Assembly: GCA_031425655.1 (NCBI GenBank)
Contig: JANPJS010000007.1
Coordinates: 1 to 18,125, forward strand
Length of the DNA: 18,125 nucleotides
Reading direction: 5' to 3'
Origin: Abditibacteriaceae bacterium
GTDB taxonomy: Bacteria > Armatimonadota > Abditibacteriia > Abditibacteriales > Abditibacteriaceae
In this document: piece after piece, positions 1 to 7,886 of the stretch
Layout: the number at the start of each line of letters is the position of its first letter
How positions within the stretch are numbered: position 1 is the first letter of the stretch
Translations under genes and position numbers: made by a program
Notes under the pieces: model-generated
Seen by the model: the letters and a program-made list of their open reading frames with translations, nothing else
The model's database searches: none
What the model was told of the DNA's origin: nothing

Positions 1-23
1 CTTTCGAAGTGGCTCCAGCTTGG

Positions 24-312
24 CAGGGCAAACGCATTGCTCCGCATCTCCCGGTTAAAACCGGGAGCTATAGTTACAACGTCCGCCTGCGCGGACTAAA
101 ACTTGAGTCCGCGCAGGCGGACTTTGTATGCGTAGACCCCGATTTCAATCGGGGTGACAGGGCAAACGCATTGCTCTGTCACCCCGATTGAAATCGGGGT
201 CTACGCATACAAAGTCCGCCGGCGCGCCCAAACCCTGGCGTCCGCGCAGGCGCACTTTGTAACTATACCTCCCGGTTACAACCGGGAGATGCGGAGCAAT
301 GCGTTTGCCCTG
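24..312. repeat. BIME-like cluster of four REP-type units forming a nested inverted repeat
   Basis: Outer arms 24-96/240-312 are near-perfect reverse complements; inner arms 116-160/176-220 are a perfect 45-bp inverted repeat. Each unit is a GTCCGCGCAGGCGGAC-type hairpin plus a GTAG/ATAG-type tag plus a second hairpin (ACCCCGATTTCAATCGGGGT or CTCCCGGTT..AACCGGGAG). The linker CAGGGCAAACGCATTGCTC occurs at 24-42, 158-176 and (reverse) 294-312. Confidence 0.9.
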
Positions 313-354
313 GCCGTAAGGCTTCCCTGCCGGGTATTTCCATGCCCGAAAACG

Positions 355-360
355 TAAACT
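355..360 (+). promoter_or_regulatory. Putative -10 element (TAAACT) for a leaderless transcript
   Basis: TANNNT hexamer followed by 6 nt and then the ATG at 367; no Shine-Dalgarno sequence upstream. Confidence 0.45.
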
Positions 361-366
361 GCGAGC

Positions 367-3300
367 ATGAAAATTTGTATCTGGCTCGCCTGTCTTTGCG
401 CTTTTGCAAATATCGCCGTCGCCGCAACGGTCGAGGTAAAAAACAGCGGCTTTTCAACTCAAAACGGCCAAGTTTCCGGTTGGAAATTATCGGGCGGCAA
501 CGGGCGCGGCGTCAGCGAAAAAGGGAACGATTTCGTCGCCGTGAAAGGTGACGGCGGCGATTCCAATTACTGGCGCAGCGAGGCACCGGATTTTCAGCCG
601 AACGCCACTTACCGGCTGCTATTTCGGGCGCGAGGGACGGGAGCTTCGGGCGGCACTCCGATTAGCGGGCCGGGCTTCGCCAACCGCGATTTGGGTGGTT
701 TAGGCAAGCAGTGGCACACGTTCACGACATATTTCACGACGCCGCGACAACTTACGCCAGACAATTCATGGCTGCGCTTTGGCCAGTGGAATGTCAACGG
801 CGAAATCGCTTTCGATGACGTGCATTTAGCGACTGCACAGCCGGTTTACGCGCGCAGCGGCTCTCTTGAACTCGGCGAGGGCGAGTCAGTTTCCGGCAAC
901 GAGTATTCGTGTCGCGCGCCGTTAGACGGCGAGTCCAACAACACCAGTCGCGCGCTGCTTTCGCACAATTGTAACTTCAACACGAATCGCTGGGTTTTCG
1001 GCGCGGACAGCGAAGTCATCTACAAGCACGCGGTCGCCGGGCGCAAGCAAACGGCGGCGCAAATTGAGGTCGGCGTGACGTGGCATTCCGGCGGCGTGCT
1101 GGCCATAGATGCCAGCCGCGACGGCCAAAACTGGGTGCCTCTGGCCAGTCAAGACAAACTCGGCACACTTTCGCCAACAATTCCCGCCGAATTGCTGCCC
1201 GCCGAGGCGATTTTCATCCGGCTGCGTGCCGCTGCTACACAAAAAGTCGGCGCGAATTCCGATCCCGGCTCGTTTCAAGTCGGCAGCTATCGCTTTCGCT
1301 CGAAGTTCGATGGCGCTCCGCTGAATCTTCGTGGCAGCACGCGTTTTTTTGCTATTGAGAAGGAATCGCCGGGTTTGCGTGTCAAGATTTTGGACGCTGG
1401 AGACGGCGTGCCCGGCGGACGCAACGAAGTGAGGCTGGAAATAGAACGGTCTCAAAACGGGCCGCAGAAAATCGCGGCGGGCTTCTCCGCTTCGCTTCTG
1501 AATCCGCCTGAGAATTCTTTAGGAGTGAGAGGATCGAGTCCAAAAACATTGGTATTGGGAAAACAAACTGTCGTTCTTCCCTACTCGATGCCAACAACCG
1601 GCGATATGAGTGGCAATATCTCACTGCGGATGAACGACGCCACTCGTTTGCCCTTGTTTGAAGCCTCAACGACGTGGAACGTGCCGGAACTTTATGCCGC
1701 CAATTACGGCGAAAAACTGCCGGCTTCGACGCGTGACAACAAATTGTGGTGGTGCAGTTCCGGCTGGAAAATCTCGCAAACGCGGCCCGCGCCCGACAAA
1801 ACCGGCGTGGCCTTAAAAATCAGTGCTGCGCGCAACGAAAGCGAGGCCGCGCAATTCGTTTTGCGCCCGAATGGCGGCTTGAAAAACCTCACGATTCAAA
1901 CCGCGCCTTTGCGCTCGAAAAACGGGACGATTGACGCGAAAAACATCGAAATTTTGCGCGTGCGCTATGTAGACATCACGCAGCCTACCGACGCCACCGG
2001 CACCGCAGCAGCATGGCCCGACCCGCTTCCGCCCATCGGAGCGCCGCTGAACCTCGCGCCCAACGTCAATCAACCGTTTTGGCTGCGTGTGCGCGTGCCC
2101 AAAGACGCCAAACCCGGACTTTACAGCGGCGCGATTCGCCTGCGCGCCGACGGCTACGACGCGACGATGCCGATTCAACTCACGGTCTGGAACTTCGCCC
2201 TGCCCGACTCGCTGACGTGCCAGACCGCCTTCGGATTTTCGCCGGAAAACGTTTATCGTTATCAAAAGCTCGACACTCCCGCGCAGCGACGGCAAGTGCT
2301 GGATTTATATCTCAAGAACTTCAGCGCGCACCATGTTTCGCCCTATGATCCGGCGCCGCTTGACCCGATTAAAGTGACGTGGCAGGGCGGCAGTTCGTGG
2401 CAGGGCGGACAGCGCAGCGCCGAAGGCGCGCACAGCGGCAAGCACTCGCTTTTGGTGGCAGATAGCAGCGCGACCAAACAGTTTTCCGCGCGCTACGCCG
2501 TGCCTCTGGGCATTGCCAAAGCCGGATTGAAACTGAGTTTTTGGTATCGCACTCAAGGCGCCGCACGGAGCATCGTGACGCTGAATCACAATGATGCCAA
2601 CGGCCAATGGATGTCGGGGCGCAACAACGACATGGCGTTTGAAGGCGACGGCTCGTGGCAGCATTTCGAGCGCGTCGTCACGCAATTTCCCGCCGGCGCC
2701 CACAGCGTGACGCTGACGCTGTGGGCCGCGCCGTGGGCCGACGACGGCTCGACGACCGGCGCCGTCAGCTTCGATGATGTGTCGGTCATTGACCTCACTT
2801 CCGGCAAAGAACTGCTTACGGACGGCGCTTTCGAGAACGCAAACGCTGCCGCGCCGCGCCCGATTTTCGATTGGACGGCGTGGGACGCCGCGATGGAAAA
2901 AGCCATCGGACAATACGGTTTCAATTCGTTTCGTCTGGCGCCTCAAGGTTTGGGCGGCGGCACCTTTGCATCGCGCGACGAGCCGGAACTGCTCGGCTTC
3001 CGCGAAAACACGCCGGAATACGAAGCGGCGCTCAAAGCGTATCTGCAAGGCATCGAAGCGCACTTGAAAGCCAAAGACTGGCTGGACAAAGCCTTTGTTT
3101 ACTGGTTCGACGAACCCGACCCGAAAGATTACGCCTTCGTGATGAACGGCTTCGCCAAGCTGAAAAATTACGCGCCGGGCCTGCAAAGAATGCTGACCGA
3201 ACAGCCCGAAAAAGATTTAATCGGCGGGCCAAACCTGTGGTGTCCGGTGACGCCGGAGTTCCAGCAATCCATCGCCGACGAACGCACCAAAGCCGGCGAC

Positions 3301-3873
3301 AAATTCTGGTGGTATGTCTGCACGGTGCCCAAAGCGCCTTACGCCACGCTGTTTATAGATCACCCGGCCACCGAAATGCGCGTCTGGCTCTGGCAAACCT
3401 GGCAGCGCGGCATCAGCGGCGTGCTGGTGTGGGAAACCGCGTATTGGACGAGCGACTCGGCTTACCCCGACGCGCCGCAAAACCCTTACGCCGACCCGAT
3501 GAGCTGGGTTTCGGGTTACAGCACCGCCAAAGGCGCCAAACTGCCGTGGGGCAACGGCGACGGGCGCTTCATTTATCCGCCCGAAGCCGCCGCCAATGCC
3601 AACTCGCAGGCGCCCGTCATCGCCGGGCCGGTGGATTCGATTCGCTGGAAAATGCTGCGCGACGGCCTAGAAGATTACGAATATCTGGCCATTCTACGCC
3701 GATTGTTGAACGCGAAAAAAGTGCCACACACACGCCGCGCCGCGCTCGAAAAGCTGCTGATCGTGCCAGAATCCATCACGCGCAACGCCACAACTTTCAC
3801 GCGCGACCCGGCCCCGATGGAAGCCCGCCGCGCCGAGCTTGCACGGGCGATTGAAGAACTTTCAGTTCATTAA
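367..3873 (+). CDS. Secreted multi-domain glycoside hydrolase, GH123-like / DUF4091-containing, with two CBM4/9-like modules
   Basis: 1168-aa ORF. Signal peptide MKICIWLACLCAFANIAVA; N-terminal CBM-like module (VKNSGFS...FDDVHL); GH123 N-terminal-like motif ISAARNESEAAQFVL; WFDEP acidic pair; WWYVC; C-terminal DUF4091-like GDGRFIYP...SIRWKMLRDGLEDYEYL. Confidence 0.75.
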   Translation: MKICIWLACLCAFANIAVAATVEVKNSGFSTQNGQVSGWKLSGGNGRGVSEKGNDFVAVKGDGGDSNYWRSEAPDFQPNATYRLLFRARGTGASGGTPISGPGFANRDLGGLGKQWHTFTTYFTTPRQLTPDNSWLRFGQWNVNGEIAFDDVHLATAQPVYARSGSLELGEGESVSGNEYSCRAPLDGESNNTSRALLSHNCNFNTNRWVFGADSEVIYKHAVAGRKQTAAQIEVGVTWHSGGVLAIDASRDGQNWVPLASQDKLGTLSPTIPAELLPAEAIFIRLRAAATQKVGANSDPGSFQVGSYRFRSKFDGAPLNLRGSTRFFAIEKESPGLRVKILDAGDGVPGGRNEVRLEIERSQNGPQKIAAGFSASLLNPPENSLGVRGSSPKTLVLGKQTVVLPYSMPTTGDMSGNISLRMNDATRLPLFEASTTWNVPELYAANYGEKLPASTRDNKLWWCSSGWKISQTRPAPDKTGVALKISAARNESEAAQFVLRPNGGLKNLTIQTAPLRSKNGTIDAKNIEILRVRYVDITQPTDATGTAAAWPDPLPPIGAPLNLAPNVNQPFWLRVRVPKDAKPGLYSGAIRLRADGYDATMPIQLTVWNFALPDSLTCQTAFGFSPENVYRYQKLDTPAQRRQVLDLYLKNFSAHHVSPYDPAPLDPIKVTWQGGSSWQGGQRSAEGAHSGKHSLLVADSSATKQFSARYAVPLGIAKAGLKLSFWYRTQGAARSIVTLNHNDANGQWMSGRNNDMAFEGDGSWQHFERVVTQFPAGAHSVTLTLWAAPWADDGSTTGAVSFDDVSVIDLTSGKELLTDGAFENANAAAPRPIFDWTAWDAAMEKAIGQYGFNSFRLAPQGLGGGTFASRDEPELLGFRENTPEYEAALKAYLQGIEAHLKAKDWLDKAFVYWFDEPDPKDYAFVMNGFAKLKNYAPGLQRMLTEQPEKDLIGGPNLWCPVTPEFQQSIADERTKAGDKFWWYVCTVPKAPYATLFIDHPATEMRVWLWQTWQRGISGVLVWETAYWTSDSAYPDAPQNPYADPMSWVSGYSTAKGAKLPWGNGDGRFIYPPEAAANANSQAPVIAGPVDSIRWKMLRDGLEDYEYLAILRRLLNAKKVPHTRRAALEKLLIVPESITRNATTFTRDPAPMEARRAELARAIEELSVH

Positions 3874-3963
3874 ACACAAAGACACGAAGGCACAAAGGAC
3901 GGCACAAAGAATCTTATATCGTTTCTCTGTGCCGTCCTTTGTGTCTTCGTGTCTTTGTGTTTA
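3871..3963. repeat. 41-bp inverted repeat built from CACAAAGA-type 8-mers between convergent genes; possible bidirectional terminator or mRNA stabiliser
   Basis: Arms 3871-3911 and 3923-3963, 2 mismatches, 11-nt loop. The left arm begins at the TAA of the upstream gene. Confidence 0.9.
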
Positions 3964-3967
3964 GAAA

Positions 3968-4846
3968 CTACTGCAAAAGTTCGCGCACTAAATCGGGAAT
4001 CTCGCTCGGCAGTTCGACGACGCGGGCGCCGGCGGCTTCGAGCGCCGCAATTTTCGCCTGTGCGGTGCCGGCGCTGCCGCTGACGATTGCACCGGCGTGG
4101 CCCATGCGCTTGCCGGCGGGCGCGGTTTTTCCGGCGATGAAGCCGATGACGGGTTTAGTCATGGTTTTGATGAATTCGGCGGCTTTTTCTTCGTCGTTGC
4201 CGCCGATTTCGCCGGCCATGACCACGATTTCCGTATCGGCGTCGTCCTCAAACCAACCCAGCACATCCACGAAACTGGAACCGATAATCGGGTCGCCGCC
4301 GATGCCGACGCAGGTGGTTTGGCCCAATCCGGCGCGCGTCAGTTCGTCCACGATTTCATAAGTCAGTGTGCCGCTGCGCGAGACGATGCCGACGTTGCCG
4401 GGCATGAAAATATCGGCGGGCATGATGCCGATTTTGCATTCGCCGGGCGTGATTAATCCGGGGCAGTTGGGGCCGATCATCCAGCCGTTGCGCTCCTGCA
4501 AAAAGCGGTAGCACTTCATCATGTCCTGAATCGGAATGCCTTCGGTGATGCACACGATGCCGTGAATGCCGGCGTCAATGGCCTCGAAAATCGCGTCCGC
4601 GCCAAAGGGCGGCGGCACGAAAATCACGCTGGTATCGGCGCCGGTCATCTCGACGGCTTCGGCCACGGTGTTGAAAACCGGAACCGTATCGTCGCCGTGC
4701 TCGATGAATTGACCGCCTTTGCCCGGCGTGACGCCGGCCACGACATTAGTGCCGTATTCGAGCATTTGCCGCGTGTGGAACTCGCCTTCGCGGCCCGTTA
4801 CGCCCTGCACCAAAACTTTGGTTTCTTTGTTAATTAGAATCGCCAT
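3968..4846 (-). CDS. sucD: Succinate--CoA ligase subunit alpha
   Basis: [45 protein letters not shown] and the phospho-His motif [16 protein letters not shown] upstream. Confidence 0.98.
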   Translation of the reverse strand: MAILINKETKVLVQGVTGREGEFHTRQMLEYGTNVVAGVTPGKGGQFIEHGDDTVPVFNTVAEAVEMTGADTSVIFVPPPFGADAIFEAIDAGIHGIVCITEGIPIQDMMKCYRFLQERNGWMIGPNCPGLITPGECKIGIMPADIFMPGNVGIVSRSGTLTYEIVDELTRAGLGQTTCVGIGGDPIIGSSFVDVLGWFEDDADTEIVVMAGEIGGNDEEKAAEFIKTMTKPVIGFIAGKTAPAGKRMGHAGAIVSGSAGTAQAKIAALEAAGARVVELPSEIPDLVRELLQ

Positions 4847-5444
4847 TTGTCGTTTCCTTGTCGTTAAGTCCGGCGTCGTCCAACGCCTTTTCCAGTAAAT
4901 CCGCCACGTTAATCTCGTGCGCCCAATGTGCGAGGTAATCGAAGTCGAGATTGAAGCACTGCATTTTCAGCACGCCGGTGATGTCGCCCCATTGCTTATC
5001 CGAAGTGCCGCCCGTTGCACGAAACCATTCGATTTTTGCCAAAACCACGTCTTCCGGCTGCGCCATAAATGCTTCCATGAACGGCGGGTTGCCCAATGGC
5101 CCGAATTCGCGTCGCTTGGCAACTTCCCTATCGTAGGTTCGCTGCTTTAATGGAAAAACGTCAATCTTAAAAAACGTGGTCTTGTGAATGATATTAAACG
5201 TTCCAGCGCGCCGAACTTCGCGCTCAATCATTTGGTCATCCACATGAAAGTCGGCACTTAGACTCTGCACTAACGCTGCGACGTGTTCGCTGCGCAGGTC
5301 GGCAACGATGTCAATGTCCTGAGTCATGCGCGCGATGCTCCACGTCGTGCTGGCAACTGAACCCACCACGAAATACACCACGTCGAGAGATTCCAACGCT
5401 TGTGTAAATGGCTTCAGAGTCTGTGCGAGCGGAAGGTTCATCAC
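4830..5444 (-). CDS. Putative nucleotidyltransferase toxin, MenT1/AbiEii-superfamily-like
   Basis: NTase signature [17 protein letters not shown] (hGS...DhD), KIDVF, EDVVLAK, QWGD. Start is GTG 5444 or ATG 5441. The 3' end overlaps the sucD start by 17 bp. Confidence 0.7.
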   Translation of the reverse strand: MMNLPLAQTLKPFTQALESLDVVYFVVGSVASTTWSIARMTQDIDIVADLRSEHVAALVQSLSADFHVDDQMIEREVRRAGTFNIIHKTTFFKIDVFPLKQRTYDREVAKRREFGPLGNPPFMEAFMAQPEDVVLAKIEWFRATGGTSDKQWGDITGVLKMQCFNLDFDYLAHWAHEINVADLLEKALDDAGLNDKETTNGDSN

Positions 5445-5450
5445 GTTTCT

Positions 5451-5717
5451 TTATGAAGATGGCTTCACTGCTATTGTCCGACGAATCTTTGCAGCCCATT
5501 CATCTCCGTAATGCACTTCAACCCAATGCAAAGACACTTCCTGCTCGCTCCACTGAGGATGGCGGCGCCTCACGCCGGCACGCCATAAATCAATCGCGGC
5601 TTCGGTGATGTCGCTCGTCATCTGAAATCGTTCAGCCGGTGTTTTCTGGCGGAGCAAATCGAACAGCAGCTTTTCCATTTCCGGCGAAGTGTCGGGCGAT
5701 TGCGTTTTGTAAGGCAT
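5451..5717 (-). CDS. Small helical protein (88 aa), putative MenA1-like antitoxin
   Basis: Start re-called at ATG 5717 (MPYKTQSPDTSPEME) with SD GAGGGGAG. Motif PAERFQMTSDITEAAIDLWRAGVRRRHPQWSEQEV. Lies 6-9 bp upstream of the NTase gene. Confidence 0.6.
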   Translation of the reverse strand: MPYKTQSPDTSPEMEKLLFDLLRQKTPAERFQMTSDITEAAIDLWRAGVRRRHPQWSEQEVSLHWVEVHYGDEWAAKIRRTIAVKPSS

Positions 5718-5728
5718 AATGACTCCCC

Positions 5729-6103
5729 TCACCGCGTCACGCCGTCGAAGGCGCCGCCGCCTTGTAATTCGTATTCGCAATACAAGCATTTGCGATGGCG
5801 CTGCGAAACGGGACGATGGCACTGCGGGCATTCGGTGACGGCGGGGCGCACATGACCATCCAGATCGCCATCCTGCAAATCGAGCGCTGTCACCTGCTGA
5901 ATCAATTCTTCATCCGTCCAGCCTTCGTGCTTTTTCACCAACGTCCACAACGCCATACTCAGCAGCGCCAAACGATCAACGCGCTGCTCCAATTCAGCCA
6001 CGCGGTCGGCCAAATACTCGGTGCGCCGCGCGCCTAATTCCTCACCGACTTCGCTTCCGTCACGCCAATTAGCACGACCTCCGAGCAAACCTTGCAATGC
6101 CAT
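5729..6103 (-). CDS. Hypothetical protein with coiled coil, acidic DxxDGxxDG loop and C-terminal Zn-ribbon
   Basis: 124 aa with SD GGAGG; RVAELEQRVDRL coiled coil; DLQDGDLDG; CPQC-x10-CLYC. Confidence 0.75.
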   Translation of the reverse strand: MALQGLLGGRANWRDGSEVGEELGARRTEYLADRVAELEQRVDRLALLSMALWTLVKKHEGWTDEELIQQVTALDLQDGDLDGHVRPAVTECPQCHRPVSQRHRKCLYCEYELQGGGAFDGVTR

Positions 6104-6133
6104 GTTGCCTCCGAACCTTTCCGCATCCAGATA

Positions 6134-6282
6134 CTTTCAATAGAACACGGGTTTCGCGAAAACGGCCACGGATCTACACGGTTTTTGAAGGCAATCCCCA
6201 AAGTGACTTGCCTTTTTCATCCATAACAACGAATCCGTGTAAATCCGTGGCCGTTTCCGCGAAATCCGTGTTCCATTGAAAG
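6134..6282. repeat. 48-bp inverted repeat with repeated CACGG/TCCGTG units
   Basis: Arms 6134-6181 and 6235-6282 with 4 transition mismatches; inner stem AAGGCAA (6188-6194)/TTGCCTT (6208-6214); ends in CCATTGAAAG. Confidence 0.9.
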
Positions 6283-6319
6283 CCTCGGCAGCAGCTCTCT
6301 ATTTTGCGCAAGAAATTTC

Positions 6320-7456
6320 TTACGCGGCGTTAACAAGTGCCACGATCTTCTGTGCGCCTTCCTGCATCGTCGCGGCAGGCGTGAGCGTGCTGCCTTCAAG
6401 AAGGGCCAGACCTTCGGCGGCGCGCGTGCCGGTTAAACGCACCACAATCGGCACCTGAATGTTCATGGTGCCGATTGCTTCGAGCATTCCCTTCGCCACT
6501 TCGTCGCCGCGCGTGATGCCGCCGAAAATGTTGAAGAAAATGCCTTTTACATTCTTATCAAGCAAAACCGTGTCAATCGCTTTGGTCACGACTTCGGCTT
6601 TGGCGCCGCCGCCGATGTCGAGGAAGTTGGCCGGGCGTCCGCCTTCGCGCTGCACTACGTCAAGCGTCGTCATCACCAAGCCGGCGCCGTTGCCGATGAT
6701 GCCGATGTCGCCTTCCAAACGCACATAAGTCAGGCCGCGCTTGTGCGCTTCGGCTTCAATGGGGTCTTCTTCCTGCGCTTCCTGAAACTGCGCCATGTCG
6801 GGATGGCGAAACAGCGCGTTGTCGTCAATGTTGATTTTGGCGTCGGCGGCGATGAGCTTGCCTTCGCCGTTGAGAACAAGCGGGTTGATTTCGGCTAAAG
6901 AGCAATCGAAATCGTTGTAAACCTTGTAAAGCGCCTTGAGAAACGGCCCGATTTGCTTCACTGCCGCTGCGGGAAGTTTGGCGTCGAAGGCCAACTGGCG
7001 AATCTGAAAATCGAGCAGGCCCAATGCCGGATCAAGGTGCAGTTTGGCGATTTTTTCGGGTGTTTCTTCCGCGACTTCTTCGATGTCAATGCCGCCCGCC
7101 GCCGATACCATCACGATGTTGCGCCGCTCAGCGCGGTCGGTCGTAATGCCGATGTAATATTCCTCTTTGATGTCGCAAGCCTGCTCGACCAGCACTTCGG
7201 CGACGGTCAGACCTTTGATGTCCATGCCTAAAATGCGTTCGCTGACCTCGCGCGCTTCGTTGGCCGTGGCCGCCAACTTGATCCCGCCGGCTTTGCCGCG
7301 TCCGCCGACGTGAACCTGCGCCTTGACGACAACCGTGCCGCCAATTTCAGCGGCGATGACTTTGACTTCATCCGGCGTGCGCGCCACGCGCCCGGCGGGA
7401 ATCGGCACGCCGTAGCGCGCGAAGATTTCTTTGGCCTGATACTCGTGAATTTTCAT
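6320..7456 (-). CDS. sucC: Succinate--CoA ligase subunit beta
   Basis: Start re-called at ATG 7456 (MKIHEYQAKE), SD AGGA. Motifs VVKAQVHVGGRGKAGG, EINPL, DDNALFRH, GNGAGLVM, ANFLDIGGGA, NIFGGI. Confidence 0.98.
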   Translation of the reverse strand: MKIHEYQAKEIFARYGVPIPAGRVARTPDEVKVIAAEIGGTVVVKAQVHVGGRGKAGGIKLAATANEAREVSERILGMDIKGLTVAEVLVEQACDIKEEYYIGITTDRAERRNIVMVSAAGGIDIEEVAEETPEKIAKLHLDPALGLLDFQIRQLAFDAKLPAAAVKQIGPFLKALYKVYNDFDCSLAEINPLVLNGEGKLIAADAKINIDDNALFRHPDMAQFQEAQEEDPIEAEAHKRGLTYVRLEGDIGIIGNGAGLVMTTLDVVQREGGRPANFLDIGGGAKAEVVTKAIDTVLLDKNVKGIFFNIFGGITRGDEVAKGMLEAIGTMNIQVPIVVRLTGTRAAEGLALLEGSTLTPAATMQEGAQKIVALVNAA

Positions 7457-7466
7457 AAGTTCCTGT

Positions 7467-7531
7467 GGTGCTGGGTTGTGGGTTTTGGGTGCTGGAAACA
7501 GGCTAAAACCCAGCACCCAACGCCCAACACC
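7467..7531. repeat. Inverted arrays of 7-mer tandem repeats (GGTGCTG/GGTTTTG type, STRR-like)
   Basis: Left GGTGCTG GGTTGTG GGTTTTG GGTGCTG (7467-7494); right TAAAACC CAGCACC CAACGCC CAACACC (7504-7531). Confidence 0.8.
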
Positions 7532-7537
7532 TAATTT

Positions 7538-7864
7538 CTATCCGCCTTGCTGCAAGCGATGCACTTCCGAAGAAAAGCGCACTGTGTCTTCGATGAAACT
7601 CGTGATTTCGGCTTCTTCGCCCAAAACGGCGATGTGTTCGTCGGCCTGCGCGATGGCTTCGCGCATTTTTACGCGCATGGCCTCGTCTTCGGCTAAATCA
7701 AGTTCGTCTTGCAAAAGAGCGCGGCGCTTTTCCAGAGCGCGCTTCAATTGAAACCATTCCGCCGCGCGCGGTTGTCCTTCTAACGCTTCGCCAATCGCTT
7801 CATCTAAGGCTGCGTCGTAGGACTCATCACGCGGCAAACTTTCGTGCGGCAAATCTTCGGGCAT
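7538..7864 (-). CDS. Hypothetical acidic helical/coiled-coil protein (108 aa)
   Basis: Start re-called at ATG 7864 (MPEDLPHES) on the basis of SD GGAGG; helical E/A/R-rich composition; no family recognised. Confidence 0.7.
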   Translation of the reverse strand: MPEDLPHESLPRDESYDAALDEAIGEALEGQPRAAEWFQLKRALEKRRALLQDELDLAEDEAMRVKMREAIAQADEHIAVLGEEAEITSFIEDTVRFSSEVHRLQQGG

Positions 7865-7886
7865 TTTGGCCTCCGCAGCGCACGCG

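Noticed and set aside
24..312. Repeat cluster as a CRISPR array or as short ORFs (9-191, 154-357)
   Set aside because: Units alternate in orientation and lack unique spacers; the ORFs are translations of palindromic DNA with no protein-like features.
2305..3854. Long alternative ORFs 2305-3186 (-, 293 aa) and 2871-3854 (+, 327 aa)
   Set aside because: Fully overlap the well-supported hydrolase; typical shadow frames of GC-rich coding DNA with no motifs.
4830..6319. Inserted cassette as an IS, integron or prophage remnant
   Set aside because: No transposase or integrase, no att or attC-like sites, and no convincing target duplication bracketing the three genes.
7457..7516. 20-aa N-terminal extension of SucC in the ORF track
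   Set aside because: Runs through the heptamer repeat; the canonical MKIHEYQ start with an SD is at 7456. Similar over-extended starts were trimmed for 5451-5831, 7538-7939 and 14683-18024.
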